A stretch of DNA of 64,000 nucleotides from Oculina patagonica (lineage: Eukaryota): contig NC_135759.1 in the NCBI RefSeq assembly GCF_052425735.1, positions 29,760,001 to 29,824,000 on the forward strand, read 5' to 3'. The position numbers and the translations under genes are program-made. A model generated the notes under the pieces. That model searched no databases, had not been told where the DNA came from, and saw only the letters and a program-made list of their open reading frames with translations. Position 1 is the first letter of the stretch; each line of letters opens with the position of its first letter. Below, piece after piece: positions 25,290 through 37,647 of this stretch.

Positions 25290-26142
25290 AATATCGGAGA
25301 ACAGGAGAAAAAGATTGATGGCATTAGTAATTCTCTGAACGAGGTGTTGCAGATTGTACGAGATATGAATGTAAAGTCCAGCTCGGTTTAAAGCTGTATT
25401 CTAGACTAACTACAAGTATAATTTGCAATTTTTTCGTATGTTCGGAAACGTTTTCCCTTTATGTACCTATGAGTGAAATTATTTGATTGAGATGCATTTG
25501 GACGCAAATAAATTGGATATAAGGATTACAATTGTTTCTCAGTTTAGTGTATTATTTTGTCAAACAAAATTCCTTTTTAAAGGGAAAACCTAACGTACTA
25601 GATTCTGCTAATTGTCACCTTTGGTACATCCTACAAGTTCAAAAAGACTGCTAAGAAAAAGTAAACAACGCTTTGCCTCAGGTTGTAATATCACGGTCAA
25701 AATAGTTTAGGGCGATGCTGCTGGTATTATGGGATTATGGGCTATTCTGACGGCGCTTGTCATCTATTTATGGGTAACGGTAATTTCATATTTGGTGGCA
25801 ATGAGAAGAAAGGGATAGCAGACTGGTGGAAATAAATGAAAGGAAAGAACATTTAAGGTATAATTTTAGATAAATAGTTAATAGACTACTATGAAAACAA
25901 ACTGTACTGTGTTCATGTGGGATTAGTTTATTTCATGGCATTTTTAATTCTTTTCTTTTTCATTGTTAATTTTATTCTTCGCTTCACTTTCATGCCGTTA
26001 GTCAACCTCAGAAGGTACTTGAGTCTACGAAATACGATATGTGCTCACAACAGCGTTTTTGTAAACTGAACTGTTGTTTTTCTATTCTCAATACCCATTT
26101 TTTATCTCCTAAAAAGCAACAAAGGAACACAATGATGTTAAA

Positions 26143-28310
26143 TTAGTTTTCATCATCTTTGCCATGTTTATCGTCGTCCTCGTGATCTTCATCATGGTCG
26201 GTGATATCATCATCATCATTGTCACCATCTGCTGATGGATGTAGTTCAACGGACGTTTCTGATTCGTTTCCACTCTCTCCTTCATCGTCTGGGGTATCTC
26301 GATACACGTTTGCGTCACCAGATCCACTGTTACTGGGGTTGACAGGTGGAACTACATTTAAAGAAAGTAATTTAAAAAACTTCATGGAAATTCTACAGAT
26401 TTGTACTTTTTAGGCGTAACTTTTGGATACAGAAATTTTCAGTAACTGCTTGTTTATCCCGAAGAAACATATTGATATGACAACCGTTTTTCTTAAGCAA
26501 TAGACCACACTTTCTAGGGCTTTACTGGGGTAACAAAGCCACGAGGGATGTTGGGAGAACACGAGAAAAGCTTGTAAATCGCGAGCCGCAGGCGAGTGAT
26601 TTGCAAGCTTTTCGAGTGTTCTCCCAACATCCCAAGTGGCTTTATTACCCCAGTAAAGCCCTAGAAAGTGTGGTCTATTGCATGCTTTTATGAATGAACT
26701 ATAGGAAATGTCCTTCAAAGAAATAAGAATCTATTTTATTTTCGTGATCAAATGTCTTATTCTCAACAAGTTCATCGAATGACGCGGTAAACCAATCACA
26801 GCGGCCGAAAGAATAAAACACAGGTTCAGCTCCACACACAAAATCCACAAATCGACGCGACAAAAACGTTTAAAAGTTCCTTTAGAGCTATGAAGGTCAT
26901 AAGAAAAGAAAGGAAAAAGACAAACTGTCACGGTATAAAATGTATTCAACGATTTTAAAGTTCTTTGACGTGGAAATCTAGCAAATTGTGGCCAGAGTCA
27001 TTCACCGTGAAAGTAAAAGCAAGTAAAAGACTGCACGAAAACTTTGCAAGTTTACAAACTTCACAGACTGACGAAGGTATTGAGAATAAAGGTTAGTTCC
27101 ACAAACACTACTTTAGAAATTTGTTCCGAATTTATTTATTCCGTATTCTTTTGTTTTCGCCGAATAACGGACTTGGGATAAAGCACTGAAAGCACGTAAA
27201 ACTGAAGATATAATTTAAGCGCGTACAAGAACTTAGTATGAGGTTCTGCCATCAAAATAATTCAAGTTCATCGCGACAAATTCGATCAGTTTTATTCCTT
27301 TTAAATAACATTTCCGAGTTAATGTTGAATGTAACCATATCCATATTTTTCCAGTCCAGTGAAAGGGGACCTGTTTATTCTGTTACTTCGCACTCTGTCA
27401 GTGTTTGTCTCTGCGTTTTGGTTTTTTTTTTCTCTAGTGCCTTTGCTCAACTGTTGTGGGCGGGAAAATTCAATTTTGTGATCCACCCTCAGTAAATTTT
27501 CATAATGATCATTTACGATAATTATATATCCTCCGTTTTAACCATAAGATAGACCAAAAGAATACATCAAACTAAAGTTAATTCTTCGTCGTTATGCGTA
27601 ATCGAGCGTAGTGCGGCCATGTCGGGACAGAAGCGGGACTTTACCGGTACAATAGTACATAGGTTTTTTACCAATCAGAGCGCGCGTAGTATCTGAGTTA
27701 TTTTATAAAATAACATGGCATCCGTGTTCTGGCATATAGGGTTTACCAAATTTTGATTTTTCAGGGATAATTCTTTGTTTGAATGGTAACTTTTCTTCAG
27801 TAACTTTGCAGTGTTTGTGTTGTGTTACATCTTTAAATTGTTTTGGAATAATTTCTCGCCGATTTATGTTATTTTTTTTTTATGTCAAAAGAAAATATTG
27901 AAGTCCCGGATGGCGAATATAATGCATGACGTAACGTGGAAACCAAAATTAAACACCGGCCTGTCGAGTGCAGACAGAAAGCTCTTGAGAATTTGCTAAA
28001 GGCATAAAGCTCAAGGGGGGTGGGGGGGGGGGGGAACGGGGAGTGCCATAAACTCTTTCCTCACCTACTACCCCTTAGACCGTTGTACGGTCGTGGGGCT
28101 ACGACTTGAGTTATATGTTTGAGAGTCCATAGGACATTATATGAATCAAAAATGTCCAAAACCAATAAAAAAATAATTTTTTATTTGAAGAGCAGATTAG
28201 GTATCTTCGTTTTTTGTAGCATTATTATTTACCTGTCTCTGCTGAGCCCCCCTCGGGAATATTTACGAAATTCGTTTCTTCGTCAAGTCCTTCAAACGTT
28301 GATCCACAAG
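26143..28310 (-). CDS. Candidate last two exons (28233-28310, 26143-26351) of an unidentified minus-strand gene with an acidic His-containing tail
   Basis: Phase-compatible AG/GT junctions give CGSTFEGLDEETNFVNIPEGGSAET-VPPVNPSNSGSGDANVYRDTPDDEGESG...DDDDITDHDEDHEDDDKHGKDDEN*; upstream exons could not be assembled cleanly. Confidence 0.4.
26497..26681. repeat. Long inverted-repeat hairpin, probably the end of a larger dispersed repeat extending to about 27710
   Basis: GCAATAGACCACACTTTCTAGGGCTTTACTGGGG... pairs with ...CCCCAGTAAAGCCCTAGAAAGTGTGGTCTATTGC around a GAGCCGCAGGCGAG centre. Confidence 0.7.
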
Positions 28311-31026
28311 CTTGAATAAGACAATGCACATGAATGGAATAAGTACAGATAATGACAAACAAGATCAAGATAAAGGTTTAAAATTGTCTAAGCAACGACG
28401 CCACGTTACAAAGAAACAACGTCTACATTTGGAGTTGCTGTACGTAGCATCACACACACACTTTGGACAAGAAACCTATTGTATTGCATGTTTAAAGGTT
28501 ATTATTAGTAGGATTTTATTTATGTGTATGGAAGCACCGTATATTAATATAAAGTGCCTTACCCAAGAACGCAACACTAAAAAGAGCTTAAACTGGGCCA
28601 ACGAAATTAACTACCTGTTTTCTTCATTCATCACGTCAAACTTGCAAATAGAATATTTTACGGTTAGAATTTGAAGGCAATATTTCTTCAAGTTATATAA
28701 TTAGAAAGATTCGTAGAACGATAATATTAGTAATTCTTAATAGAATGTCTTAAAAATAGTGTTTATTGTTACCCTTGATGATAAAACAGCACAGTAACAA
28801 CGCAGGTACGATAGCTTTCATCGCTTCTTCAATGCAAAGAACGTGTCCTCACAAAGCACTATTAGATAGAAGAACGAAATGTGACAAGGACTCTTTGAAA
28901 CTTCAGTTTTTCAAACAGATTATTTTCCATCCCCGGTAGAGGAAGACTGTCGTGGGCTAATTAAAAATACTTTTATCAGAGCAATTATATCAGAGTGAAA
29001 CCAGACAGTTGAGAGTATGCGGTGTATTAAATACACAACTCTGTGGCCCTAAATCTTTACCAAACAGAATATTAAAATATTGAAAAAAGCTGAACCGTGA
29101 AACAACAGTGTTTGAAATCACATGCAAGTGTACTACAAAACAGCTGTTTACTTACACAAAGTATATTTCACAATTTGGCAACTTTTCTTAAAACACGGGC
29201 TAACAGTCGCACTTTAAATTATTGATCGAAGATGACTCAGTTCTTTTGTCTATAGCTTTTCCATTCCTTAATTATAGCTCCCACGTTAACGATAACCATG
29301 AATCCGGTGACAAAAATGGAATAGGAATTAGAATGGGCGGCTACCAACTTCTACTTTGATACAAAAACTAAATTTTAAGCTTATGTCTAAAGATTGAAAT
29401 CTGTAAAGACTAACTTGCCTTGAGTAACTTCCAGACGATGTATACTTCACTGGGTGACGTTAGCCAATGAACTGAAACCACAAGGAATGGGAGACTAAAA
29501 GCCTTGCAGGTAAATGGCGTCTGTAACCAGCTATTGGCTGACAGCAAAGAAGCGTTTTACCTGATAACTCGCAAGAATGATCTGACAACGTCTTAATTCT
29601 CTTTTCGTAAAATTATTGTGGTTTTCATTAGCGCCTCAAACATCAACGCCAACGCAATGGCGCTTATGAGTTTACATGCTTACGACGATAGTAACAAATA
29701 AAAGTAAGCCACCAACAAGGAAATACTGTTTTGATTGATCGCCAAATTATTTTAACTAACGTCAAAGGAATGTGATGAATGCTGTGGAGAATTTCTAGTT
29801 CGAGCTAGGCACGGAGAGGGTTAATTTCGCAACAATGGATGTTATTCCGTGTACACGTATCCCTATGCCTTGAACCTTGAGCTCACGAGACAATGAATGG
29901 TGTATTTATATGCTCATTAAATATTCACTGGGAATCCATTTGCGACCTATTAACCTAATCTCTGCTGATGAACACCATTTGTTTGGCTCGAGTCTTCACC
30001 TGTTGATAATCTGTTGCGTCTTAACTAATGGGCAGGTGAATAATTGTCATGAGAGCATTGAGTTTGCTGTTTAGCTACCTTTGAACTGCTCTGTAATTCG
30101 TTATATATTTGTTAGACGCCTCCTCTTCTCTTATGTCGTTTTCTATTTTAGTGATTTTGGGGAATGATAAGATCTCTTCAATCATTTCCTTTTGGAATCT
30201 GCAAATGTTTTTTTACATCATGTGTCACTGGCAAAAGAATGGCCACGTACCGCATCTCAACTGGACCGTTCTGACAAAATTTTCTCAACCAATCTATGAC
30301 TGGAAACTGAAAGTGCCATGTAAAGATCAAAGTTTTTAAAAGAGATTTTGTATGGAAATGTCTACAGAACAATTTTTGGAGAAATGTTAAAGTACTACAG
30401 ACTTCCAAACTGTTCAAATAAAGTCATTGTCAACGAAATTGCTCGGGTAGTTATTGATGTTTCGATTCTTCAGTGCCGGAGGTTTTTATCCGATGAAACA
30501 GCCTCAAAGAGACTAAGTACTTTCAGTTTTAAATGTAATTTTAGGCCCATTGAAGGGTGTTAACAGGCTTAAAGCGAAACGTGCTTTGGACTAAGATAAT
30601 CTCCGAACTTTAAATTAGGCGAATGAGTCACCTTTCCATTGCAAACAGAAATATTTTGCTTGAAAATGACTGTAGATGCTGTGTTTATTGGAACTGCGGT
30701 TTCACTTCTTACAGTTCACTCCAATAATTCCTACAAGATCATTGCTCTACTTTGTTAGGTCTCCAAAGTTTAATGGCCATATATTCTGCCTTTGCTCTTC
30801 TTAGTTTCTTAACCAAAACGCACACAAGACAAGTACTTGCAAAAACTTAACACACCAGCTAGAGAATTTTTTCTAGAATGAGTAATGTTTCTCCTTATGA
30901 TAAACATTTCTTAGAATACCTATTTATATGTGTATTTTTTTATGAGGTCGGAGGTGACTTCTCCGTTCAAAGAAACGTCATTTCAAACAAAAGGTAGACC
31001 GATCATGCGATCTCAACCTAACCGGT

Positions 31027-31157
31027 AACCAATCGCTTTGCATCCAGAGTTTTCAATTAAATCTAAATATGGTAATAGTAATATTATCCTGACCTCTACT
31101 GGAAGGAGATCATTTCTTTGAGCTGTTGTTGGGCAAATCTTCGAACGAGCAAACAAG
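31027..31157 (+). promoter_or_regulatory. Core promoter and non-coding first exon of lysozyme-like copy A
   Basis: AACCAATC plus AATTAAATCTAAATATGGTAA block conserved with 35164-35205 and 41013-41055; GTAAG donor at 31158. Confidence 0.55.
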
Positions 31158-33101
31158 GTAAGCAATACACTAGTCTCACCATTTTTGGTTCAATCGGGTG
31201 CAAGAAAAGGCAAACATGTAATGTCATGTACAGAATTGTTGGTTATTGTACATGCTACACGGAGCAGTGGTTCCAATTCAATTTCAATTCAGGAATATTG
31301 TGAATAATAGATCGTCACCTACTTTGCGATACCCAGTAAATCGGAAGTTTCAAATTCAAATGTTGTGTTATACCGTACCGCGTACACAGAGCGAAAGCTA
31401 CAACCCTCCTGCATTATTGTGCTACAGCTGTATGAAACAAAAAACTGACTGTTGTCTATTTCTCCGTAAAGCTATCAGCTAGATTTTATGTGTGCACTGC
31501 GTGTTTTCGGGGAATGCACGACATAAGAGTGACTTCCGCTTTTATCATCAGTTATTTCTACTGAGTCATTTTAAACTTAATCAGCACTTTCAGAGACTTC
31601 ATTAAAGGATAAAATGTTGATTAATGTTGAAAACATATAACACATTGTTATGCTAAATAGTGGTTAGGAACGAAATTTCGATTCCAGAACGTACAAGTTT
31701 CAGGAATATAGTTTGAGGGAGATTAGTCGCGCTACTTTCACTTTCGACCGTGGAATTAAAACATGCCAAGCTCAATGTCGCACACGACCAAAAACAGGTC
31801 AATTTGAAATCAAAATAGAAGGGTAAGCTTGGGTAAACACATGCAATGGAAGGACCGTAAAGCCTAGTACATCGTCCTTCCGGGTTTATAATATGAAATA
31901 CAGTTTCCTATCTCTTTCCCGAGAAACAGTGTCACATAAGGCCAAATAAGGTCTTCATGCTTGAATTATATTGTAGTTTCCGTCATCATTTCATGTATTC
32001 TTTTATATTTCTTGCAAAATGTTGTGAATAGAAATAAGCAATTCTTATCATGCAAACTTAATTAGTTTGCTTATCATGCAAACTTAATTGTTATTGATAA
32101 ATCTATGGAAATATTTTAGAAATTTTGTGAGTCAGCAAATAATGGTTAAGGTCGCGGGGATACCAACAGCATGAATAAATCATGAGGGAATGCTTGACCT
32201 CATCTTTTAAAACGCTTATTTCTCAGCTGTTAGTGCCAAATTGGGAAAAAAGATTTTGTGGAGAGTTTGCGGAAGAGAGGAGACAGCACACTGTGATCTG
32301 TCAAACTAATCAGTCAATACCTCTAGAGTGTCATAACAGAAGCGGATTTTAATTTAAAGTTTGCCAGCAAGTTATGGCGGTTTAGTGCGCAAATTCAATT
32401 TTATGTCTTCTACCTCTCAAGCGTTTTTTAAAATTCCGCTTCTGTATGACACACTTCAGACATAGTTTACTATCTGCAGTGGCAAGTCATGAAGTTCTGA
32501 TCTGCGCTGATTCTCTGCCACAAATGTCGGAAAGTCCAATTGAGGTTTCCGAAGGTGTCCCGAGCTAAACGATCATTTGCAAAGGAGAGATGTAATATGG
32601 TAATATATCCACGCTATGATGAGAAAATGCGTTTTTAAATAGGACACGATTGTTATGCCGAATTTTTTGTGATACTCTGAGTTGCAGAAATATTCAAATT
32701 AAATGAAAATAAGCCAAAGACTTCCGCAATCATATGAACGTAATCGCCAAGTGTTGTTTTAAATTGGTTAAAATATCAAAGAAACGGGGATTTACAAATC
32801 ACGCGCACGCGCCCATATTTGTCCAGTCATAAATATCTCGTAAAGTTGTCGATGTCAGTCGTTGTGCCGTGCATACGCTTTAAATAAATGCATAATGATG
32901 AGCCCAAGGTGTCCCCCGCGACCTTAATGCATGCACTCGAGAGGAATGACATGCACAAACAGCAGCAAAGCTAGTGCTCCGCTGCTATGGTCGAAATGAC
33001 AACAAAATTGTCGTGACCATAATTGTAGCTGTCTCTTCAAAACATGCTTTAACAGAGTTTTCTTCCTGGTATCTTCTCAGGTTTTGAATTTCCCGGAAAA
33101 C

Positions 33102-34037
33102 ATGGCTACTTCACCAAAGGGAAAAGGAGCTTCCGTCGTTAAGGAAGTCGTAGACACGATAAACGGGTTAGGAATATTTGCAGACGATCACAAATTTCTT
33201 TGCCGTGTTGCATGGGTCGAGTCAAAATATGGAGAGGCGCCTGGTACATACAGAAGCGGTTACCATGGAGGTATTTGGCAGGTAAACGCCTCTTTTCTCA
33301 AGTTGTCCCTTCGTACGTAATAGTTCGTAGGTAGTAAGCTTTATTTAAGCCGATACTTCCTTGACGTAAAACTTTATTCTTATTTCTAACATAAAACGAG
33401 ACCTGGAAGGCAAAAGAATTTTTCGCAGGACACCAAGTCTATGTGTATGTGGAATTTTGCATTATTTATTTCTTTGCAGCCTTTCCAACCTTACTCGTTG
33501 TTTACATGCCGTGATTAGATATGCCGAGTGGAAAATAAAGAAATGAGGGTCGGCGAAAGTTGGTTTTGCACAATCAGTCTGTCACTGGTTAATAAAATCC
33601 CGTACGTTGCGCATTCTATGAAGTAATCGAAAGCGAAGATATTTAATTTATATGCCAGAAAATTACTTTACCATAGGATATATCTACCCGGGTCCTCTCC
33701 GGGCTGTCAGTTTATACGACATTTCTTTATTAACGCTTAGGTTGACAAGATTGGTTACCGTGAGACTGTTATACAGCAAGGTCTGAAGAAGTACCGCGAC
33801 CAAATTCAAGCTAAACTCGGCATCGACTGGACCGAGACTGAATGGGAAGACTTGGAGAAACCGCTGTACTCTGGACTAGCTGCTCGGCTGTTTCTTGCAA
33901 GAATTTCCGCTCCTATTCCATCAGATCTTCCTTCTCAAGCTCAGTACTGGAAAACTCACTACAACACTTCAGCTGGTAAAGGAACTGTGCAGAAGTTTAT
34001 TGAGGATGTGAAGAAGGCAACAGGTTGTGCTGCCTAG
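33102..34037 (+). CDS. Lysozyme-fold (GH23/SLT-like) protein, copy A, 158 aa, no signal peptide; exons 33102-33281, 33741-34037
   Basis: MATSPKGKGASVVKEVV...FLCRVAWVESKYG...YHGGIWQ|VDKIGYRE...KPLYSGLAARLFL...YWKTHYNTSAGKGT...GCAA*. The ES, GIWQVD and YN motifs occur in lysozyme-superfamily order; phase-0 GT-AG intron. Confidence 0.85.
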
Positions 34038-34933
34038 ACTAGACAGGATCCGTACTGTAACGTCTTAAAACTATAAATAACACAGCTCGCAATTCAAAAG
34101 GTTTAGTCAGTTGTCATGAAATGCAATTCAAGGTTAAATTACCAGAATTATTCTTTTCCTAAGAGGTCTAGCCTTAACGTAGTCTAAGGTATTTGTTTAA
34201 AGAATAATTGTAAAATGAAACACAAAATGAAATAAACTTTGTATACGCTTGAAGGAAATGCTTTGACGTTTCATTAGTTTCCGGTCACGCCATATTTTAG
34301 AAAGCTGTCGACCTTAATAATGCTATATCTAATCAACAGTCTGATATTGCTATGGCCTTCTTCAAGTATCAAATAAACTTCAGCATACATCCTTACCAGA
34401 AACAGCTTATTGCCAAATATGCTTACAACGCTATCAATATCTAGAATCTTACTATGGAACGTATGATATAAAACCGAAAGACATTTTTAAAAGCTTCGTT
34501 GAAGCAATAAAAATAATCTGACAAAATGTCCAGAATCGAAAGACAATAAGATGCTAGTTCTTGCAGCCATCTTGCGCATGTATGGCCGTTTGTTATCGTT
34601 GGGCACCACTCTAATTCAGTTGAGTTAAGGTTAAATTCTGTTCGTTATAAAGCGTGAATTATATGCGGAAATTGAAATACACAAAAGTTCAGGGGATGTC
34701 TTATTATATTACTTAATGTGTGGTAAGCTGCTTACCTTGAATACTGACGAAAACCGCAGTGCGGTCTGATATATTCGAATATTATTAAACTAATTCAAAC
34801 GAGAAAATCATTTAGTCGGTAAGTCAATTAATAAATCCAACTGAAATTTTATGTTTTTAATACACATGCATGTCACGCAATGCTGTTTTCCTAAATAGTG
34901 TTTGGTCTCATACGTACGGTAACTGAGACGACT

Positions 34934-35292
34934 TTTCGGTTTCAAAACACATCATCCCGTGGAAACTGAAAGTATCTCGGGTCATGCTATAGAAACAAAG
35001 ACACAACAAAACAAAACAAATAAAAAATCAGAGAACTCTTTTGATTGGTTGATTTGGTTGAATGCAAATATCTAAACCGGAGACCTGTCTGCATGATCGG
35101 ACCTATTTTAGCAACACGTCATTCCGAAACTGAAAGATATCACTGGTCCGACTACTCCAAACAAACCAATCACTTTGAGTTCTGAATTAAATCTAAATAT
35201 GGTAAAGATATCGATGTTATCGTAAAACCAGTTCTACCGAAAGAAACAAGTTCATTCCTATTTGAAGAAACTTGCGAGCAGAGGAACCAGAG
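34934..35292 (+). promoter_or_regulatory. Promoter and non-coding first exon of copy B with three IRF/ISRE-type GAAANNGAAA motifs
   Basis: TTTCGGTTTC 34934-34943, GAAACTGAAA 34962-34971 and 35126-35135; CCAAT and TATA-like block 35164-35205; donor GTAAG at 35293. Confidence 0.5.
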
Positions 35293-36584
35293 GTAAGAAG
35301 CATGCATTTAAAATCAATTAAGATCGAATCATGTGGAAACTAGAAGGTTAACCTTTCCTATTTTGTACTTTTTGCCTACAGCCGTCCCGGCGGCTAGTTG
35401 CTCAGTATTTTGGAAACGATTTCTGTATCTAAAACATTTATATACCTTCCGCTTGTTCGCATACTGTCTTCTACTTTTTACCGAGATATGAATATTTCAG
35501 TGCACATCGAAAAGAGTCAGACTATATAAATCTTTATTGTATACGTATGCGAATGACCAGCAAAGAGCGAGCCCACACAATTAGTCCCGAACACTATACA
35601 TGACATGCCAAAGTAGGGCCACCACTTCAAATTTAAAACTTTACTTAGATGGTAGGTTTGAGTCTTTCGGTTTTCCGTACGTTTCACCCAAGTTGATTTT
35701 CACAGATAATAGTAAGGTCACTGATTTGTCCCTATTTCAAAACATCTTCCAAAATGCATAGATTAAATTAGTTCGCACAATTGAAACCGGGCAAGATACA
35801 TGACCTTTACTTCCGTGTTTGAGAAAGCGCGTGGCTTTCATATGGTGATAATATCTATTTTAGCATGGTACGTCACTTTTTTCTTGGTCCAGAAAAATAC
35901 ACGACTTTCTCATTTCGTAATCCTCTTTTGCAACTAACAATCATAAAGTCAAAACGTTTACTCAAGTAGAATTCCTTAGGGGATCGATTCCAACCATCGG
36001 AAACTGAAAATAAAGAAATCCACGAAATGCACAGTAGCTCCTACCGGTTGTTCTACTCGACTGTGAAATTATCTAACAGCGCTCTATTTTTTTCTAAAGA
36101 CGCTTAAACGCCCATCCGATAATTGTTCCTTCGAATCGATCGAAATATGACAAAATTTTTGCTCTCGGAATGAGAAGTTATTAAACGGATGAGCAGGTGC
36201 AGAGAAATAAACTGTCCCTTTAATTTTAATCCTGTGTAAAAGATTTTTGTAATTGTGTTTTAAAAGGTAGGTTTTTGTGACATTCGAGAAAAAAGTGATG
36301 AGGAGGTATCTTTGTTATCGTTGTTCAATAATAACAATTTTCCGCATCTAATTCACTTTCAGAACACTGCCAGTTAAGTTATAAGTTATAATTAAACTGA
36401 GGCAGTGAACGTAAATAAAAATCAAACATAAAGTTGGTCTGAACTAGACTTCCTAAAGTGCACAGTTTTTCCCGCAGAAGCACATTAAAGACAACAACGG
36501 CTGCAGCAGCGACAGCAATAACAACAACAACCGACTAAATAAACAGAACAGTGACAGTATTTTTTTGTCTTTCCCTTTCAGACA

Positions 36585-37647
36585 ATGTTTCTGGCAGCGG
36601 TGTTTGTCGGTCTGGCCGCTCCGTTTTTTCTTGGATTAAGTATGGCTCGTGCTAGTCCATACACACCAGGAGATAAAGGAAACGCGGTAGTTACGGAGGC
36701 CGTGAACATTATCAATGGCTTGGGAATATTTCCAAATGATCACAAGTTCCTCTGCCGTGTGGCCTGGGTTGAGTCAAAATACGGACAGGCATCAGGTACC
36801 TACAGGCCGGGTTATCATGGTGGAATTTGGCAGGTGAAGATTCTTAGATTGAATTATTATATTCATGATTCCTGTTTCATTTGTTGGGTAAAAAGGGGGT
36901 TAATGAAGATGCTTTGTCGAAAGAAGGTGCTTATTTTGGGAAAACTCACATGTTTTTTCGAGACTGCCATGTCTTATCTTATTTTATCTTATCTTATCTT
37001 ATCTTATCTTATCTTATCTTATCTTATCTTATCTTATCTTATCTTATCTTATCTTTTCATATCATGTCATGCCTTGTCATGTCGTGTAATGTCATGTCAT
37101 GTTATGTCACGTCACGTCACGTCACGTCATGTCATTTCATTTCATGTCATGTCATGTCATGTCATGTTATACTATGTTTTTGTAATCTAACTACGTATAT
37201 CACCATCATTTTATTTATTTGCCACTTCAGAATTACAATTACAATTGAAATTAAGTAAAAGTGGGGGAGGAAAAAAAATTGGGGGGGCCCGATAATTTTT
37301 TTGGTTACGGGTTAGTGCTGTTAGTTTACACTATCTTTAAACACTTATAGGTTGACTACATTGGCTATCGCGAGACAGTCATCCAGCAAGGTCTGAGAAA
37401 ATACTGGTTAAGAATCAAGGAGATACTTGGCATTGACTGGACCCAAACTGAATGGGAAGACTTGGAGAAACCGCTGTACTCTGGACTGGCTGCCCGGCTG
37501 TTTCTTGCCAGGCTTTCTGCTCCCATTCCATCAGATCTTCCTTCACAAGCTTGGTACTGGAAGACCTACTACAACACTGCAGCTGGAAAAGGAACTGTGC
37601 AGAAGTTTATTGAAGATGTGGAACAGGCAACAGGCTGCGCTGCCTAG
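36585..37647 (+). CDS. Lysozyme-fold protein, copy B, 181 aa, predicted secreted; exons 36585-36833, 37351-37647
   Basis: Hydrophobic leader MFLAAVFVGLAAPFFLGLSMARA; same motifs and intron position as copy A. Confidence 0.88.
36972..37168. repeat. Compound pentanucleotide microsatellite (TCTTA)n-(TGTCA/CGTCA)n in the copy B intron
   Basis: Visible directly; it produces the spurious LILSY/CHVMS tails in the ORF track. Confidence 0.95.

Noticed and set aside
36834-37258. Long C-terminal extension of the 201-aa ORF and the overlapping 125-aa ORF
   Set aside because: Read-through into an intron microsatellite; the true gene splices at 36833 as in the paralogs.
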